A stretch of 64,000 nt of DNA, from NCBI RefSeq assembly GCF_052425735.1, contig NC_135763.1:1426001-1490000 (forward strand), written 5' to 3'. How positions within the stretch are numbered: position 1 is the first letter of the stretch; every line of letters starts with the position of its first letter. Under the pieces are notes generated by a model, which made no database searches, was not told the origin of the DNA, and saw only the letters and a list, made by a program, of their open reading frames with translations. Below, piece by piece: positions 49,653-62,330 of the stretch. This stretch comes from Oculina patagonica. Lineage: Eukaryota. The position numbers and the translations under genes were made by a program.

Positions 49653-51214
49653 TGTTGTCACTGTTCGGTGCTTAATTGCTTAGGTTACATTACTTGATTG
49701 ATTTCTAAGATATTAACAAAGGAAAAGAATAAAATGTGGGATCGTTTTTGTAGTTTTTTTTTTAGTGTATGTTGTGGTTCAATTCTATCCTTGGTACAAT
49801 GTGGTACGTTCTGCTGTCTGTTGAATATGACGAATATCAGTTAAACAAAAGAACATTCCAAATTGTACCAAGGGTAAAACATACATTTGCTAATTTATCA
49901 GTTAATTTTCGGGTAACTGGTTTACAGATAAACCTTGCGACCTGCTTGTTGCGTTTTCTTTCCCTCTTCTTCCCTTTTGTTTTAATCCTCCTTCATGCCA
50001 CCAGATGGACTTGTGTTTGAAGTACCCGAATTTAACTCACTTTCGCTTTGTAAATAGCTAGTTGGTCGGCCTCCTGCCAGTTAAGCCGATTTTCTGTTCT
50101 ATTTTCAATCATGATTTGTTTGTTTATATTTTATTTACAGTGTACTCAATTTTCACAGGTACTGTACAGCTGTACATTTGAATCTGACAATCGATAAACA
50201 AAGCGATTTAATTTTTTTTTGTTAACTATAACTTTCTAAGATGATTTCTACCTTAGTAAATTAGTATTTTAGGACAAAATAATAGAAGGTGGGGTGACCG
50301 AGTAGCTTTAGGAGGTGGATTTGAAATATTTGTCCCCAGGTTCAAGTACTTACTTGCTAATTGATTACTTGCTTACTTACTTATCCGAAAAACAAACAGC
50401 TGGTACTACGACTGCGGCAGACTACAAACAAACAAACAAAAAACAGCCTTTGGCTAGTCCTGTAACCATTTCCGTAGCACTAAACGCTGGTCAATACTCT
50501 TCGGAGCTAATCAAAATGGCGCATTCTCCCCCTACCCCTTCACTCACTGAACAATATGACGTCACGCATGCCGAATCGTTTTTACAGGAATATTATATCA
50601 GCATTGCCTTGGGAGGGGTGGGTGGGAGTGGTCTGCAATGTTAGCATTATTTCCCAGTAGTTCTTCGAGTACTAGGTTATATTTATAACTATTTTAAATG
50701 TGTGATTTTAGGTAATTAATATATCTTTGCAGAGCTTCTTTTACAAACAGACCAAGAAAAATAACAGTCAGCCTCCTTCTGGGCTTGCAAGTTTTCCCAG
50801 TAAGGACCACTCAACACAATAATCCGGCATTTTGTGTCCCTTACCCCCACCCCCACCCCTCCCGCCTCCCTTCCTCAAAAATCTGATATTCTGCGGTGTG
50901 AGAACTGATTCCAATATATTGTCAGCAAAGATCGTCAAGTCGCACTTGAGGGTTCATTAGCATATCTTTTGAAGTCAACGCCGGGCCTTCGCTTGTCCGA
51001 CGAGAACATTTTACCAGGGAAAGCTTTTTCCTCGAAACGTTTCAAACATGGCTCGGTAAGTTGCTCCCTTAGTGCAGTGTACCCACCCCTCTCCCCGCTG
51101 GTGTGATACGTACGGGAGGGGTGAAGATTACGGGATTTAGTCCCAGTCACGGTTCATTAGAGGTGTTAATTAACTGAGTGTAGAGCTCGCATGATCTTTG
51201 TCATTTCTCTTGGG

Positions 51215-51275
51215 TATTTAAAATTCGTTGGGATCTCAATCGGCAGTGTCTTCAATAGTGAAGTCGAAGTCTAAG
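51215..51275 (+). promoter_or_regulatory. Candidate core promoter and non-coding first exon of SLCO-C
   Basis: TATTTAAAA, an Inr-like CAGT about 30 bp downstream, then a consensus donor AAG|GTAAGT. The SLCO-C ATG directly follows an acceptor, so an upstream exon is expected. Confidence 0.4.
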
Positions 51276-52120
51276 GTAAGTTAGTGATTACCTGCATTCC
51301 TGTGCAGTTATGCAAAGGATTTTATCGACGGTGCTGCCGTTGCGTAATCAGTACCAAGTGGCACGCACGTATTACTCGTTTGAAAATTCCTTCACTTAAG
51401 AATTTATATCGATCCTTGAAAGCACTGTATACAAGCAGGTACTAGGCAGCCTCTATATAATTGCAACAACCGAATCCATGTAGTTTATTTCTCTGTTCAA
51501 CGAGGAAAGTATGTCGAGCAATCCACACATAGCTGTTAAACAAACTATCGGGGGAACAAAGGAGATTATATTTTATTAAAATGTGCGCCATAGCATTGAA
51601 GTGAACTCTTTGGTTTAAGAGTCTCTATATAATGAAAAAAGCGATAAGTATATTATTTATAGCCAGAAATATTTATGACAGGAACAATACTGCAAATCTG
51701 CAAGTATTATGCTGAATGTCTCGTACAAGCCCTGCAAACCAATGTAAACAACGATGGCCTTCATTGATTTTATGTAATCCGAAAAATTAATTATGCGGTT
51801 TATTTGTTTTGGACACGGTCACGATTAGATGTCACGGTCACGATCAGATGTCACGCTGACTGGCTGACTGCCCTCATTTACGCTATCACGCAATTCAGTG
51901 GCAAATCTAAAGTCAGTGCCTCTCCCCTGTCCCTCTACCGCAAAGGTTGAGGAATATTGCTGCTCATATCAATCGTTTATATTTAGTTAAACACCTAGGT
52001 TACCATCAGCTTTTATTCAGCGTGATTTAGCGTAAAATCAGTGAAAAAAAGCCATTTTATAATTAGTGTCTTTTTAAACAAAAAAAAAACTCGGGATGTA
52101 ACCCAGGTATTTATTGGCGT

Positions 52121-52250
52121 ATTTATTTTCACCATAAGCGTATAGCCGTCGCATTTGCCCGTTGAAATTTTTTATTGTTTCTGAGCTTAAAAACAATAAA
52201 AAATTTCAACGGGCAAATACAACGGCTATACGCGTATGATGCAAATAAAT
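52121..52250. repeat. Imperfect palindrome of about 130 bp
   Basis: GCGTATAGCCGT...ATTTGCCCGTTGAAATTTTTTATTGTTT / AAACAATAAAAAATTTCAACGGGCAAAT...ACGGCTATACGC. Confidence 0.85.
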
Positions 52251-53089
52251 CCACTCTTTATCTTAAAAAGGTTTTTTAAAGCGATCTGTTTTTCCTTATC
52301 TTAATTTTCTGTTTACCTTTATCAGAGATAGATGAACAGATGTACCTTAAAAAAACTTTTAAATGTCTTTTACCGATCGCATTATGGGTTCCACTCTATA
52401 TTTCATTGTACTTACCTGTTAAAATGATTTTTAGCAATACACATTTTAATGTGTTTCAGTATACGCAACAGCTGAAATGAAACATTTCGCGCACAGGTAG
52501 CGACAAGTTTTTGCGTGACCGATTTTCCTTCCCTTGCGCTCGACGATGTTCAAAGGGAAAGTCGCGAATGCTCGTTTAAAGTCTTGGGCAAATTGGTCTA
52601 TAGTCGTTACTGAGCATTTGCGGCAGCGAGTGAGGAATTTTTAAGCAGAATTCGAGAAAAATGAGCAAAAATTAAAACGGTAGTTAAAACAGTTACAAGC
52701 AAATTATTAATCAGATCCGAAGAAACAGACAACGAGCTGAAATCAGCGGTGTTACCCACAAAATAAACAAACATGCAACATGTCATACTGAGGCAAAATT
52801 GGATCGCTCCCACACACCGTTTTGGCGTATACGGTGAACTTAAATGCTATATTTACCGATCGAAATTCGAGCAGGCAAAATAGCTTTCGTCAAGCAGAAT
52901 TTTAAGCAGAATAAAGAATGTTTGCGAGCACTGCCAGCAGCCAGAATTTACCAATTTACGAGCACGATTATACCCTATCTACAGTGAATTAAAAGGCAAG
53001 AACGTCATACAGAAGGGAAAATGCCTACAGCACGCAGTTACATGGCATTGTCCAATTCATTTTAAAAATTGTGCCTATTTTTCTTGCAG

Positions 53090-56000
53090 ATGGGTGACGA
53101 AAATGGTGAATTAAAGAAAAACGGGAAAGAAGAAGAAACTCCATTACATGTTGATATGGTGGAGGCTAAAGAAGAGGACCTTCGGTACGGCTGGGGGCGC
53201 TTCAGGCCAAAGTGTTTACAAATTCTCAATAGTCCTAAATGTTTTGTGGTTGCACTGGCGTTTTTCTCTTTCATTCAAGGTAAAAACAGAACATAAAATT
53301 ATCGCTAATACAGTTTTCTCTTGTTTTGTGCTTTCAATCCTGTATTAACATAAAACGGAAACGTGACGCCCCTCACGTAATGCTACCTAAACTTGTCACT
53401 GAGATTTGACAGTATTATGTGACAAAATTGGTCTAACAACAACCATTTTTGCGTCTCTTTAGCAAACACTAGCCTCCAAATGGTAATTTTTCATACGGAT
53501 CACAAATCCGCATTTAGCTAAAGAGGTTGCCGTAAAAATCGATATTATGCAAATCTGAAAACAGAGGACTGAGGACTTTCGTGCCTCAATTTCTCATATT
53601 CTTTTACTTCCTATTCTTATAGTAGAAGGATCATACTTTACCACAATGTTCACTTTTACTTGATATCCGACATACAAGAACAGCAGAGCTTTAACAGTAC
53701 CTGCAACAACGCTATACTATTAACAATAAATCTTGTTTCCTAGCGTTGCAAAGTGCTTCAAAACAAATGAACAGAACTTGGCCAATTTTCCATGTAATTT
53801 ATGCTTAATTGATGGTGCTGAACTCCCTGTGGTGAACACAATACTACTTGCTACTTGGTCCCCGTGCCGAGACATCACCTCATTTGGTTCCTCGTGGCGA
53901 GGTAACAGCTTGTTCTCTTTCTTCTTCAGTCTAGCAGAATGGTGTCTCCTTCTATCACATTTCGGTCTCTGGCATGAACCTTTAATATTGTCAATAAAGT
54001 CCTTGTTGGATTGCTTTCTTTGGGTGTGCCGCTCACAGACATCTTCCAACTATTTCCTCCTCTTCTACCTCGACCAGCTCAGGCATTTTAGTTGTAAACC
54101 TTTTACTAAACATCAATTCAACGGCAGGATTCTTTCCTGTAGTGGATTGGCGTTGACTTGTATCCCTGAAGGAACCTGTTGAGCTCTTCCCTGTTGGCTA
54201 ACCTACGCCATTGGCCCTTCAACCTGCCAAATTATGTCATTTTTTCAAGGAGTTCGTTAACTTTGGCAGTTATTTTTCTTTTAGAAAATGGCACTTGTCG
54301 CATCTTTTGGTTGTTTTCAAAAACCCACTTTCTTTTTTGAGCCATCAGTCCACCCGAAAGTCCAAGGAAAGAAGAAGAGAATACAGTAAAGATTGTTGTT
54401 TTACGGGGATAATCCGCTGGATAGGGCGTGGTTTTTTTGGCCCATCTTCCCTAATCAGAGTAAATATTTCAAGCGAGTCTGTCCTAATCAGAGACTGGAC
54501 CCGTCCTAGACAGGGTATAGCTGCAAGACTGTCCTAACCAGTCACGCTGTGTGGACGAGATTGCAGTACAGACGGCGTAGCGTGACGGCACAGTCATGAT
54601 TCTCTTGTTATCCTCTTGCATTAGGTATGACAGTGAACGGCTTCACCAATCTCTACCTGTTAACTTTAGAGAAGAGATTTCAACTTACAAGTACTGACGT
54701 AGGATTTGTCGCAGCATCCAATGACGTAGCAGGAATTCTGCTGACTGCGCTTGTTAGCTTTTATGGAGCTTATGGTAACAAGATCAAATGGCTGGGGTAC
54801 GGCTCAATTATTACAGGTAAAGAAACAATTAATGTTATTTTCAGCGACAACATGTGACATCTTTTTCTTTTTTTTTCATACATTTGAAGCTCTCTTTACA
54901 ACGTCCAGCTCTAGCTAAGACCACCACTGTGAAGCCTCGTTAAAATTGCCACTCTAAACTCTGTAACAAAAAGCTCTTGTAAGCCCGTAAGCGACCGCGA
55001 CCACCTTTAGGAATAACCAATTAACCTGTCTTTTCTTAGCCTGAATTTCAGACGTCCCTCTCTGGTCTCCTCCCTTCTCGAAAGCAGGCGACCAGAGAGG
55101 GGCGTCTAAAATTCAGGCTAGTCTTTTCTTTGTTTTCAAGCTCTTGTGAGCGATGTTTACTCTCTTCGATGAAAAAGCATCTGGTATATCCTAACACGTG
55201 TTATTTGTGCCATAGGTCTGGGCTGTTTATTATTCGTCCTCCCTCAAGGACTGGTCGGGCGATACCAGCCTCTCTTAGACTCCAACGGCTTATCCAGTGG
55301 TGGAGTTTGTCGTCTGAACGTCAATGGCACTTCAGAGTTCTGCTTTGACGATTATGGCGGCCAATGGTATTACATGTTCATCTTCTTCGTGGCTCAGTTA
55401 CTTATGGGGGCCGGAACAACACCGCTGTTCACCCTTGGGCCCGCGTATATCGATGAAAATGTACCCCCAAAGTCGTCACCAGTGTATCTTGCTGTTTTCT
55501 TCTCCCTGACTTTGTTGGGGCCTGGGTTGGGGTTTATCTCTGGTGGCTCCCTGTTGAATATTTATATTGACGTCACGCAGGTAATAAGTTCTGTCAATCA
55601 AGCTAGAATATAACAACACTCTCGGTTCTTCTTTAATACAACTTCTCAGAGCCAAGCAATCAATAAGTCAGTTGGTGCAACTGTATAATTTCGTACTTAT
55701 CAAAAACAATCTGATATGACGAATTACTTCCCTGCTTAAGTGTTAGTACACCAAAGAGGTCGTTTTCTACTAACAGTTTGTAGAAGCTCTCGACTTTTGC
55801 TTCAACAAGCGAATACGGTCTTTTTATCATTTAAGTCTTGTTCCATTTTGCAAAGTGTACATTTAAGTTTTTACAATAGAAGCCGTGTTTCAGTTTGCAA
55901 CATGTATGAACTGCTCACTATCGACTGTAATGAACAAACGGGCAAACGACTCAATTTTCAAATTATATCTTTGTCCCAGTTTGTAGGTCTTGCTGAATTA

Positions 56001-59000
56001 AGCGACTTTGACTGTGCATAGCCGTTCAACTTTATTGTCTTAGAATTACTGGTATCACGTTACCTTGACACTCCATAAGGCGGACAGCTCTCTAAGACAG
56101 ATAGTTGGGGCAGGTCCCGAAGGCGTCCGTCTTAAAGAGAGTTCACTGTACTTTATCTCCTCGTGCCCACACCCTATAGCTATTTGATTTTGTATTTACA
56201 TGTGTTTCACCTTGCAGCCCGAAGGATCTAATCTAAGCCCCGATGATCCCCGGTGGATAGGAGCATGGTGGCTGGGGTACCTGGCTGGGGGATCTATTCT
56301 TGTCCTTATCTCAGGCCTTCTTCTGGGATTTCCCAGAGAGATGCCAGGGGCCAAAAGCATACGAGAACAAGCAGTCAAAGAAGGATATATTCCAAAGAAG
56401 GATGAAAGGATTCAAGGGAAGCTGAAAGATATCTTGCCCGCGACACTTCAGTTGATAAAAGGGCCTGTTTTTATCTTCAACACTCTAGCAGTCACTTCCG
56501 GCTCGCTGTTCGGAGCTGGCATAGCAGCGTTCATGGCGAAAATTCTTCAGCTCAAATTTGGGCTCAACCCTTTCATTACAGGCGTTGTCATTGGGGTAGT
56601 CCTTGTGCCAGGAACTGTTGGTAGGTGTCTTCGGTTTAACCCTTTCACTGTTTAAGTCGATTTTTGTCGACATTTGGAGGACAGTTAACCACTTGTGACG
56701 TCATCAATTTGCACGTCAGCGGATTTTTTCGATACGCAACTGATACAGCTGGGGTTGGCCTTTTCACAGGACTGTTCATTTTGTACATCGACTGCATTCT
56801 GACAGAGCTACTCGAAAAAAAGAACACGATCAGTTTTTGGTGCAAAATCGGTAATTACAGGCCAACACACCTTTCACTGATCAAAATCTTCTTTTCAGGG
56901 TTAGAAGTGAAGAGTAGAAAGGAACGAGAAGGAAAAGGACCAAAAAAATTCGGAACGGTTCAGCCAAAAAAAAAAGTTTATGCGCTTAGGCCCAAGTGAA
57001 ATATTGCACGTTTTTACATGGAATGTTGATCAAAATGTTGCTGCAGTGTGAAAAAGTGCTATTATATATAGAAAACTCAGTAGTCAAAGGGTCAATCTTT
57101 TCAATAGCTATAGTGGCTGTATTTATCCACGAAGACGAATGGACCTATAGTACGTTTAGTATTCGTCAGTCAAGATAGAGTCAAGACGCATCATTATATA
57201 TATTTCTGCAAGACATGGAAAGTTATCAAGAGATAGTTCCTTTTTATTTTTGACGATTTTTATTGCCACTTTAACTAAAAGAACAGAGAAAGCAGCAGTT
57301 TTTTTGTTTGCAGGCACCCCACCCCATTCTCCTCATCAGTTGTCCATGTAATTCGTTGATACCCATTTACGAAGAGAAGCGCTGTGAGAGTAAAGTGTCT
57401 TGCCAAAGAACACAATGCAACCGAGATCCCTGGCCGGCCAGGCTCGTAATCTACCTCTCAACCTGGAGTGCAACGCACGGACCATCAAACTACAACGACA
57501 AGGAATGGAGATGTGGAGGGGTTGTCGAAACTAAGTAAATTCCGTGACGGTCACGATCCCTGTTTTTGTTTCAGGTGGTGTACTTCTGGGCGGAGCTCTT
57601 GTTCGAAGATTTGACTTGAAGAGGTCTCTAAAAATGTCGGCTAGATTCTGCGTCATCGCCTCAATTTTCACATTCGCAGGAAGTAGTGCATGGTTTATTC
57701 CCGGATGTGGTACCCCGGATTTAGCAGGAGTAATAGCTCCATATAATGGCAGGTGAGAGAAGGCCGAATAAGAATTGAAACCACTTGTACCGTTTTATAT
57801 AATAGCGAAAATTCAGGAAAATATGAAATATGAAAAATTACAAAATACAAAATTACGTTATGGAGTAAAATAATTTATAAAACTGAAAAGCTGCTTTCCA
57901 CGAATGTTGTGCCTTAAAGTGCTTGCTTGATCAAGCCTTTAAACCCGTTAACCCGCGTAAAGTCGGCACAAACCTTCGGTATAACGTAACGGATTACTGT
58001 CCAGTCTTGTCACTGCTTCTTAATTTCTCATAAATTTAGGTGGATTAGTTTAACAATACGTTGAAATTTAAAGGGTATTTGCATGGGCGATTATTTTATG
58101 AATTTTGCGTTAGTCTCTTGAAATGTCCAACGAAAATGTTGGGCGGCAATATTAATTTTTTCGGCGTACTTATAATGTTTTACATGTAAACAGCTAATAA
58201 GTCAAGGTAATTAGCAAGTTTGCAATAACAGAAATTGCTAAAAAAGTGCTCACTGACTCCCTGTGCATACTTGGGCTTGCAATCATTTTGCAGTGTTAAA
58301 ATGAACTCCTGCGTTTGCGCTCATATCGGTTATCCCATGTTAAAGGGACTGGGATGCTTGTCGTCTTGCATAGGGGTGTAAATTACAGATTTTGGACTGT
58401 TCAGGTTAGAAGGACCGTCAGGTCTCGTGTAGGGTTGCCCGGTGAGAAATAAAAAACGCCGTCCCTGTCTGGGTCTTAAAATGTTATCTTTTGGAGGTCA
58501 AAAGGAGCTTGAGTCACATTCGGATTAGTCTCCTTTAGGGGTTTCGTTCAAAATTTCCGACGAGTATCCCATGCATCCTTTTGAAATGGGCGTCTCTTCC
58601 GCGTATTGTGCATGTGTTGCTAAGTTGCTCGCTAGTGAAAACCAGTCCTTGGCACGACTACGCAGTAAACTAACTACATTTGGCATGGTTGGGAATCATA
58701 ACGGCATTTCCTACCATTTTATTTTTAGTTCTCTTGAAGAAACTGGAGTGAATGTGCCGTGCAACCTGAACTGTAGCTGCTCGCTGGCTAGTATTAATCC
58801 CGTATGCGGTGAAGATAAGCTGGCTTATTTTTCGCCCTGTCATGCTGGATGCAAGAATGTGTTGAATGAAGAGGTATCGTTAGCTACTATAAATATTTTT
58901 TCTCATAGAACACTACTAAAAATACTCTTGTATGGGTTTGTGACTTTCCAACTTTTTGCGTGACTATACAAGGAACCCACATGTTAAGCTCTGGCCAAAC

Positions 59001-61906
59001 GGCAACGCAAGTGGACGCAAGTAATCGCAAGTTGAACTTGCGTACAGACTTGGGTTGGGTGACCAAACGGACTCGCAAGTGCACGCAAGTTGTCAAAAAA
59101 CCCATTCCAATGCTACTGAACGCGCTGCATTTCAGTACTTGAAGTAAACAGCAAGATTTACGCTGGGTGGCCAAACGGTTAAAAATTTGCGTACACTTGT
59201 GTGCAAATTTGAACCTGAACAAAGTGAACGTCAGTCATCGCAAGTCAACGCAAGTGCACGCAAGTCCTGGCCAAATGGAGACGCAAGTGAAACCTTGCGT
59301 CCACTTGTGTCTCCGTTTGGCCAGGCCTTTAGCATGCTATCGTAACAAACAAATATTGTGTATCTGGTGATTAGTATGAGTTAGGACCTTTTTTTTTTCT
59401 TTTGTACGCAAGCTCTTGTAGTTTGCAGTGAAAGTTGGTATAATCAAATGGTGTAAGGATGAGGGCTAGAGGAGTGCGCGTTATGAACAATTAAGCCCAT
59501 CAAGAGGCAGGAGAAATACACCGAGTCGTTGTATGCTACGACAATCGAAAACTGAAGCCGTCACAGTTTAGCTGCGAGCTTTCTCTAGTTCAAAGGACTT
59601 GCGCAGACCACACCCTAACGGTAAAATCATAACACATCCTTTCTGATGCCCCTTTCCCTCGCACCTAACTTCTCGTATTTAGGTTGCTTTAAAAACGAAA
59701 TTGCTCCAAGTGAAAGTTTCTCTCTTTTTACCAGACGTTTACAAACTGTAGCTGTATCTACCCACAAGGCAATTCAAGTGAAGGCTCAGCCGTGAAAGGC
59801 TTCTGCGATAAGAGGTCTGGGTGCAAGACCTACATCGCATTCATAATTCTGATTGTGGTTGTGTTGTTCTCTGTATTTATCACTGCGATAGCGAACAAGA
59901 CGGTAGTACTAAGGTGAGTCATACCTACAAAGTTATTGTTTAAAATCATGATGGGATCCCCAGATGAGATGAGTGATAATAGGCCTTTAGCAACAGTCAC
60001 GATACAAAATCCGTCATGTTGGTTGCAAAAGTATGTGATATCCGAGTGCGCAGCTTAGACGACGGGAAAGCAAACCAGTGACTCTCTGCACACCTGTCGT
60101 TTGCTCCAACCACTAAGCTTCTGCATGCATTGCGTGCCGCTTAACTTTTTCAACTTTTGTAAACTATTATATACAATACACGAATTTACGCGGGATCAAT
60201 CGGCACAATACCCGGTTATTGGCCCTCTGACTACCCTATTCGTGTAATAATATTAATATCGGTTATGTAGGTTCACAACTTTGCTAGGCTCCGTACGTAA
60301 GTATCGAAGGTGTATCGACGGTTTTAAATCATGGCTAAACAATTCATTGATTTGCTTGTAGATGTGTCCCGTACAACCAGAGAGCGTACGCCCTCGGTTT
60401 TCAGTTTATAATCCAGCGCTGCCTGGGTTTCTTACCTGGACCAATCATGTTTGGTCGCATATTCGATGGCACATGTGTCCTGTGGGGGGAGAGCTGCGGC
60501 AAGAAAGGCAACTGTCAGTTTTACGAGATGAACACGTTGACTGACAGGCTTGGATACACGGGATTCGCCTTTACAGGTTAGCTTCACTTTATTAAATAGT
60601 TTCAGCTTTCAAAGGGTTATCTCCCCTGAAAACAAACAAACAATCAATCAATCGCGGACGTCTCTCGTCACGTTACTTTTCTTGCCACTGCGACAGACGT
60701 CTGATATTTGAGCGGAAAATTCCATAATGGTGACTTACTGCTTCCGGATCATCATCATCATCATCATCATATTCCCAGAAACAGATGACAGCACAGGTAG
60801 CCCAAGCTCCTAAAGGAGCCGTCAACATATAGACCACATATGACATTGCGTAATAACGTTATTATAAGGGTTTGTATGGGAATTTACCGATCGTGAAAAA
60901 TAATTCAAAATAGAGGAAAAATATCCAATAAAATCGACTTACCTATCCTCTTCTATGCATATGTTGTGTTTCTATGCCGTTTGGGGGCGATTTGAAGCCA
61001 TTTCAGTGGGTTTTAGGTTCGCTGGTTTCCTCTCTATATATAATTCCTGCGAACCTAAAACCCACTGAAATGGCTTCAAATCGCCCCCAAACGGCATAGA
61101 AACACAACATATGCATAGAAGAGGATAGGTAAGTCGATTTTATTGGATATTTTTCCTCTATTTTGAATTATTTTTCACGATCGGTAAATTCCCATACAAA
61201 CCCTTATAATAACGTTATTACGCAATGTCATATGTGGTCTATATGTTGACGGCTCCTTTAGGAGCTTGGGCTACCTGTGATGACAGATTGGTCGCCTGCA
61301 TGCCTCGCTGCTTAGTGAAGATAGAGAACAAAACTTGCCTGGATGGCGAGATTGTAACTAAATGTGATTTCTAAATTTTCGATGTTACGAGTCATCGTAC
61401 TGGTTTGGTGTTTGCTCCGATCCTTAGGATTTCAACCTACAGTATCAAGTTACAAATTGAAGTTGAAATATGGAGTCTGTTTCAGTCTTACCTTGTCATC
61501 CACTTTTAGTGCCATACTTTCATTTACACCAGTAAATTTACGTTGATATCAACAGAATAGTCGATTAACAGCGTGACACCATGTCAGCTCGGGCATGACT
61601 GAGCTAAGGTCAAGACAACCTCGTTCCTAGGGTCTCTCCCCCCCCCCCCAAAAAAAAAAAAAAAAAAAAAAACCTCGTTCTCTTCCCTCGCTCAAAGGAG
61701 CGGGGAGAGAGAGACCCTGGGAACGAGGTTGAGGTCAAGACTGTACTTTTCTGTCTTTTTCAGGGGTAGCTTTTATTTTCTACTTCCTGTGTTTCTGGTT
61801 TTGCAAGGCAACCATTCAAGAAGAAGAGCTGCGAAGCAAGCAACAACTTTCCAAGAATGAGGGACTTGCTGACGACGAGAATGTAATGTTCGAGTCGACC
61901 ATGTAG
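53090..61906 (+). CDS. OATP/SLCO transporter paralog C (SLCO4-like), 9 coding exons, 669 aa
   Basis: Exons 53090-53279, 54625-54816, 55216-55580, 56218-56620, 57575-57752, 58729-58873, 59735-59913, 60362-60576, 61764-61906; total 2010 nt, in frame. OATP signature DPRWIGAWWLGYL, Kazal-like domain; ends FESTM*. Confidence 0.95.
55037..55120. mobile_element. 84-bp TAGCC-type MITE with 9-bp TSD
   Basis: TAGCCTGAATTT ... AAATTCAGGCTA; TSD GTCTTTTCT. Confidence 0.85.
58985..59330. mobile_element. Harbinger-like MITE
   Basis: TAAGCTCTGGCCAAACGG ... CCGTTTGGCCAGGCCTTTA with internal ACGCAAGT repeats. Confidence 0.7.
60792..61279. mobile_element. Foldback MITE: 231-bp arms, 26-bp spacer, 7-bp TSD
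   Basis: CACAGGTAGCCC... / ...GGGCTACCTGTG; arms 60792-61022 and 61049-61279 appear identical; TSD ATGACAG. Confidence 0.9.
61616..61731. mobile_element. CAACCTCGTTCC-type MITE with 9-bp TSD
   Basis: CAACCTCGTTCCTAGGGTCTCTC ... GAGAGACCCTGGGAACGAGGTTG; TSD AGGTCAAGA. Confidence 0.85.
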
Positions 61907-62330
61907 TTTGCACACTAAAGCAAAACACTATACAGGGCATAGAAGAGTAATAAATCGCTTGCTGAGTTTTTCACACGGAAATCGAGCACACGCATTTCAT
62001 GTCGTCCATTTCGCGTTTATTGACGTCAAATTGACGTCAGTGTACATGTAGCTTAGTTACAATACAGTGGTATCCCGATATGAAAATAAGCTTTCATGTT
62101 TCAAACATTACATTCTCAAGATATAGCTTTTAGCGGTTATTTTTTTTTTTACTTTTTTATGTTATCCGATGTCTGCCGCGTCAATAAACTATTTCAGTTT
62201 ATTAAAAAATCTTTCCTACCCAGTTTGCATTGCGTAGTATTATCATTGCCTTAATTCAGCTCAAATTTGTCTGATCGCGCGCCTTCTCGGGTAGTGTTTC
62301 CTTTGCTTTATCTGCTCTTCTTCTCTTCGA

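Noticed and set aside
53700-54560. Opposing 109-149-aa ORFs in SLCO-C intron 1
   Set aside because: Looks like a frameshifted mobile-element remnant; no motif I can identify with confidence.
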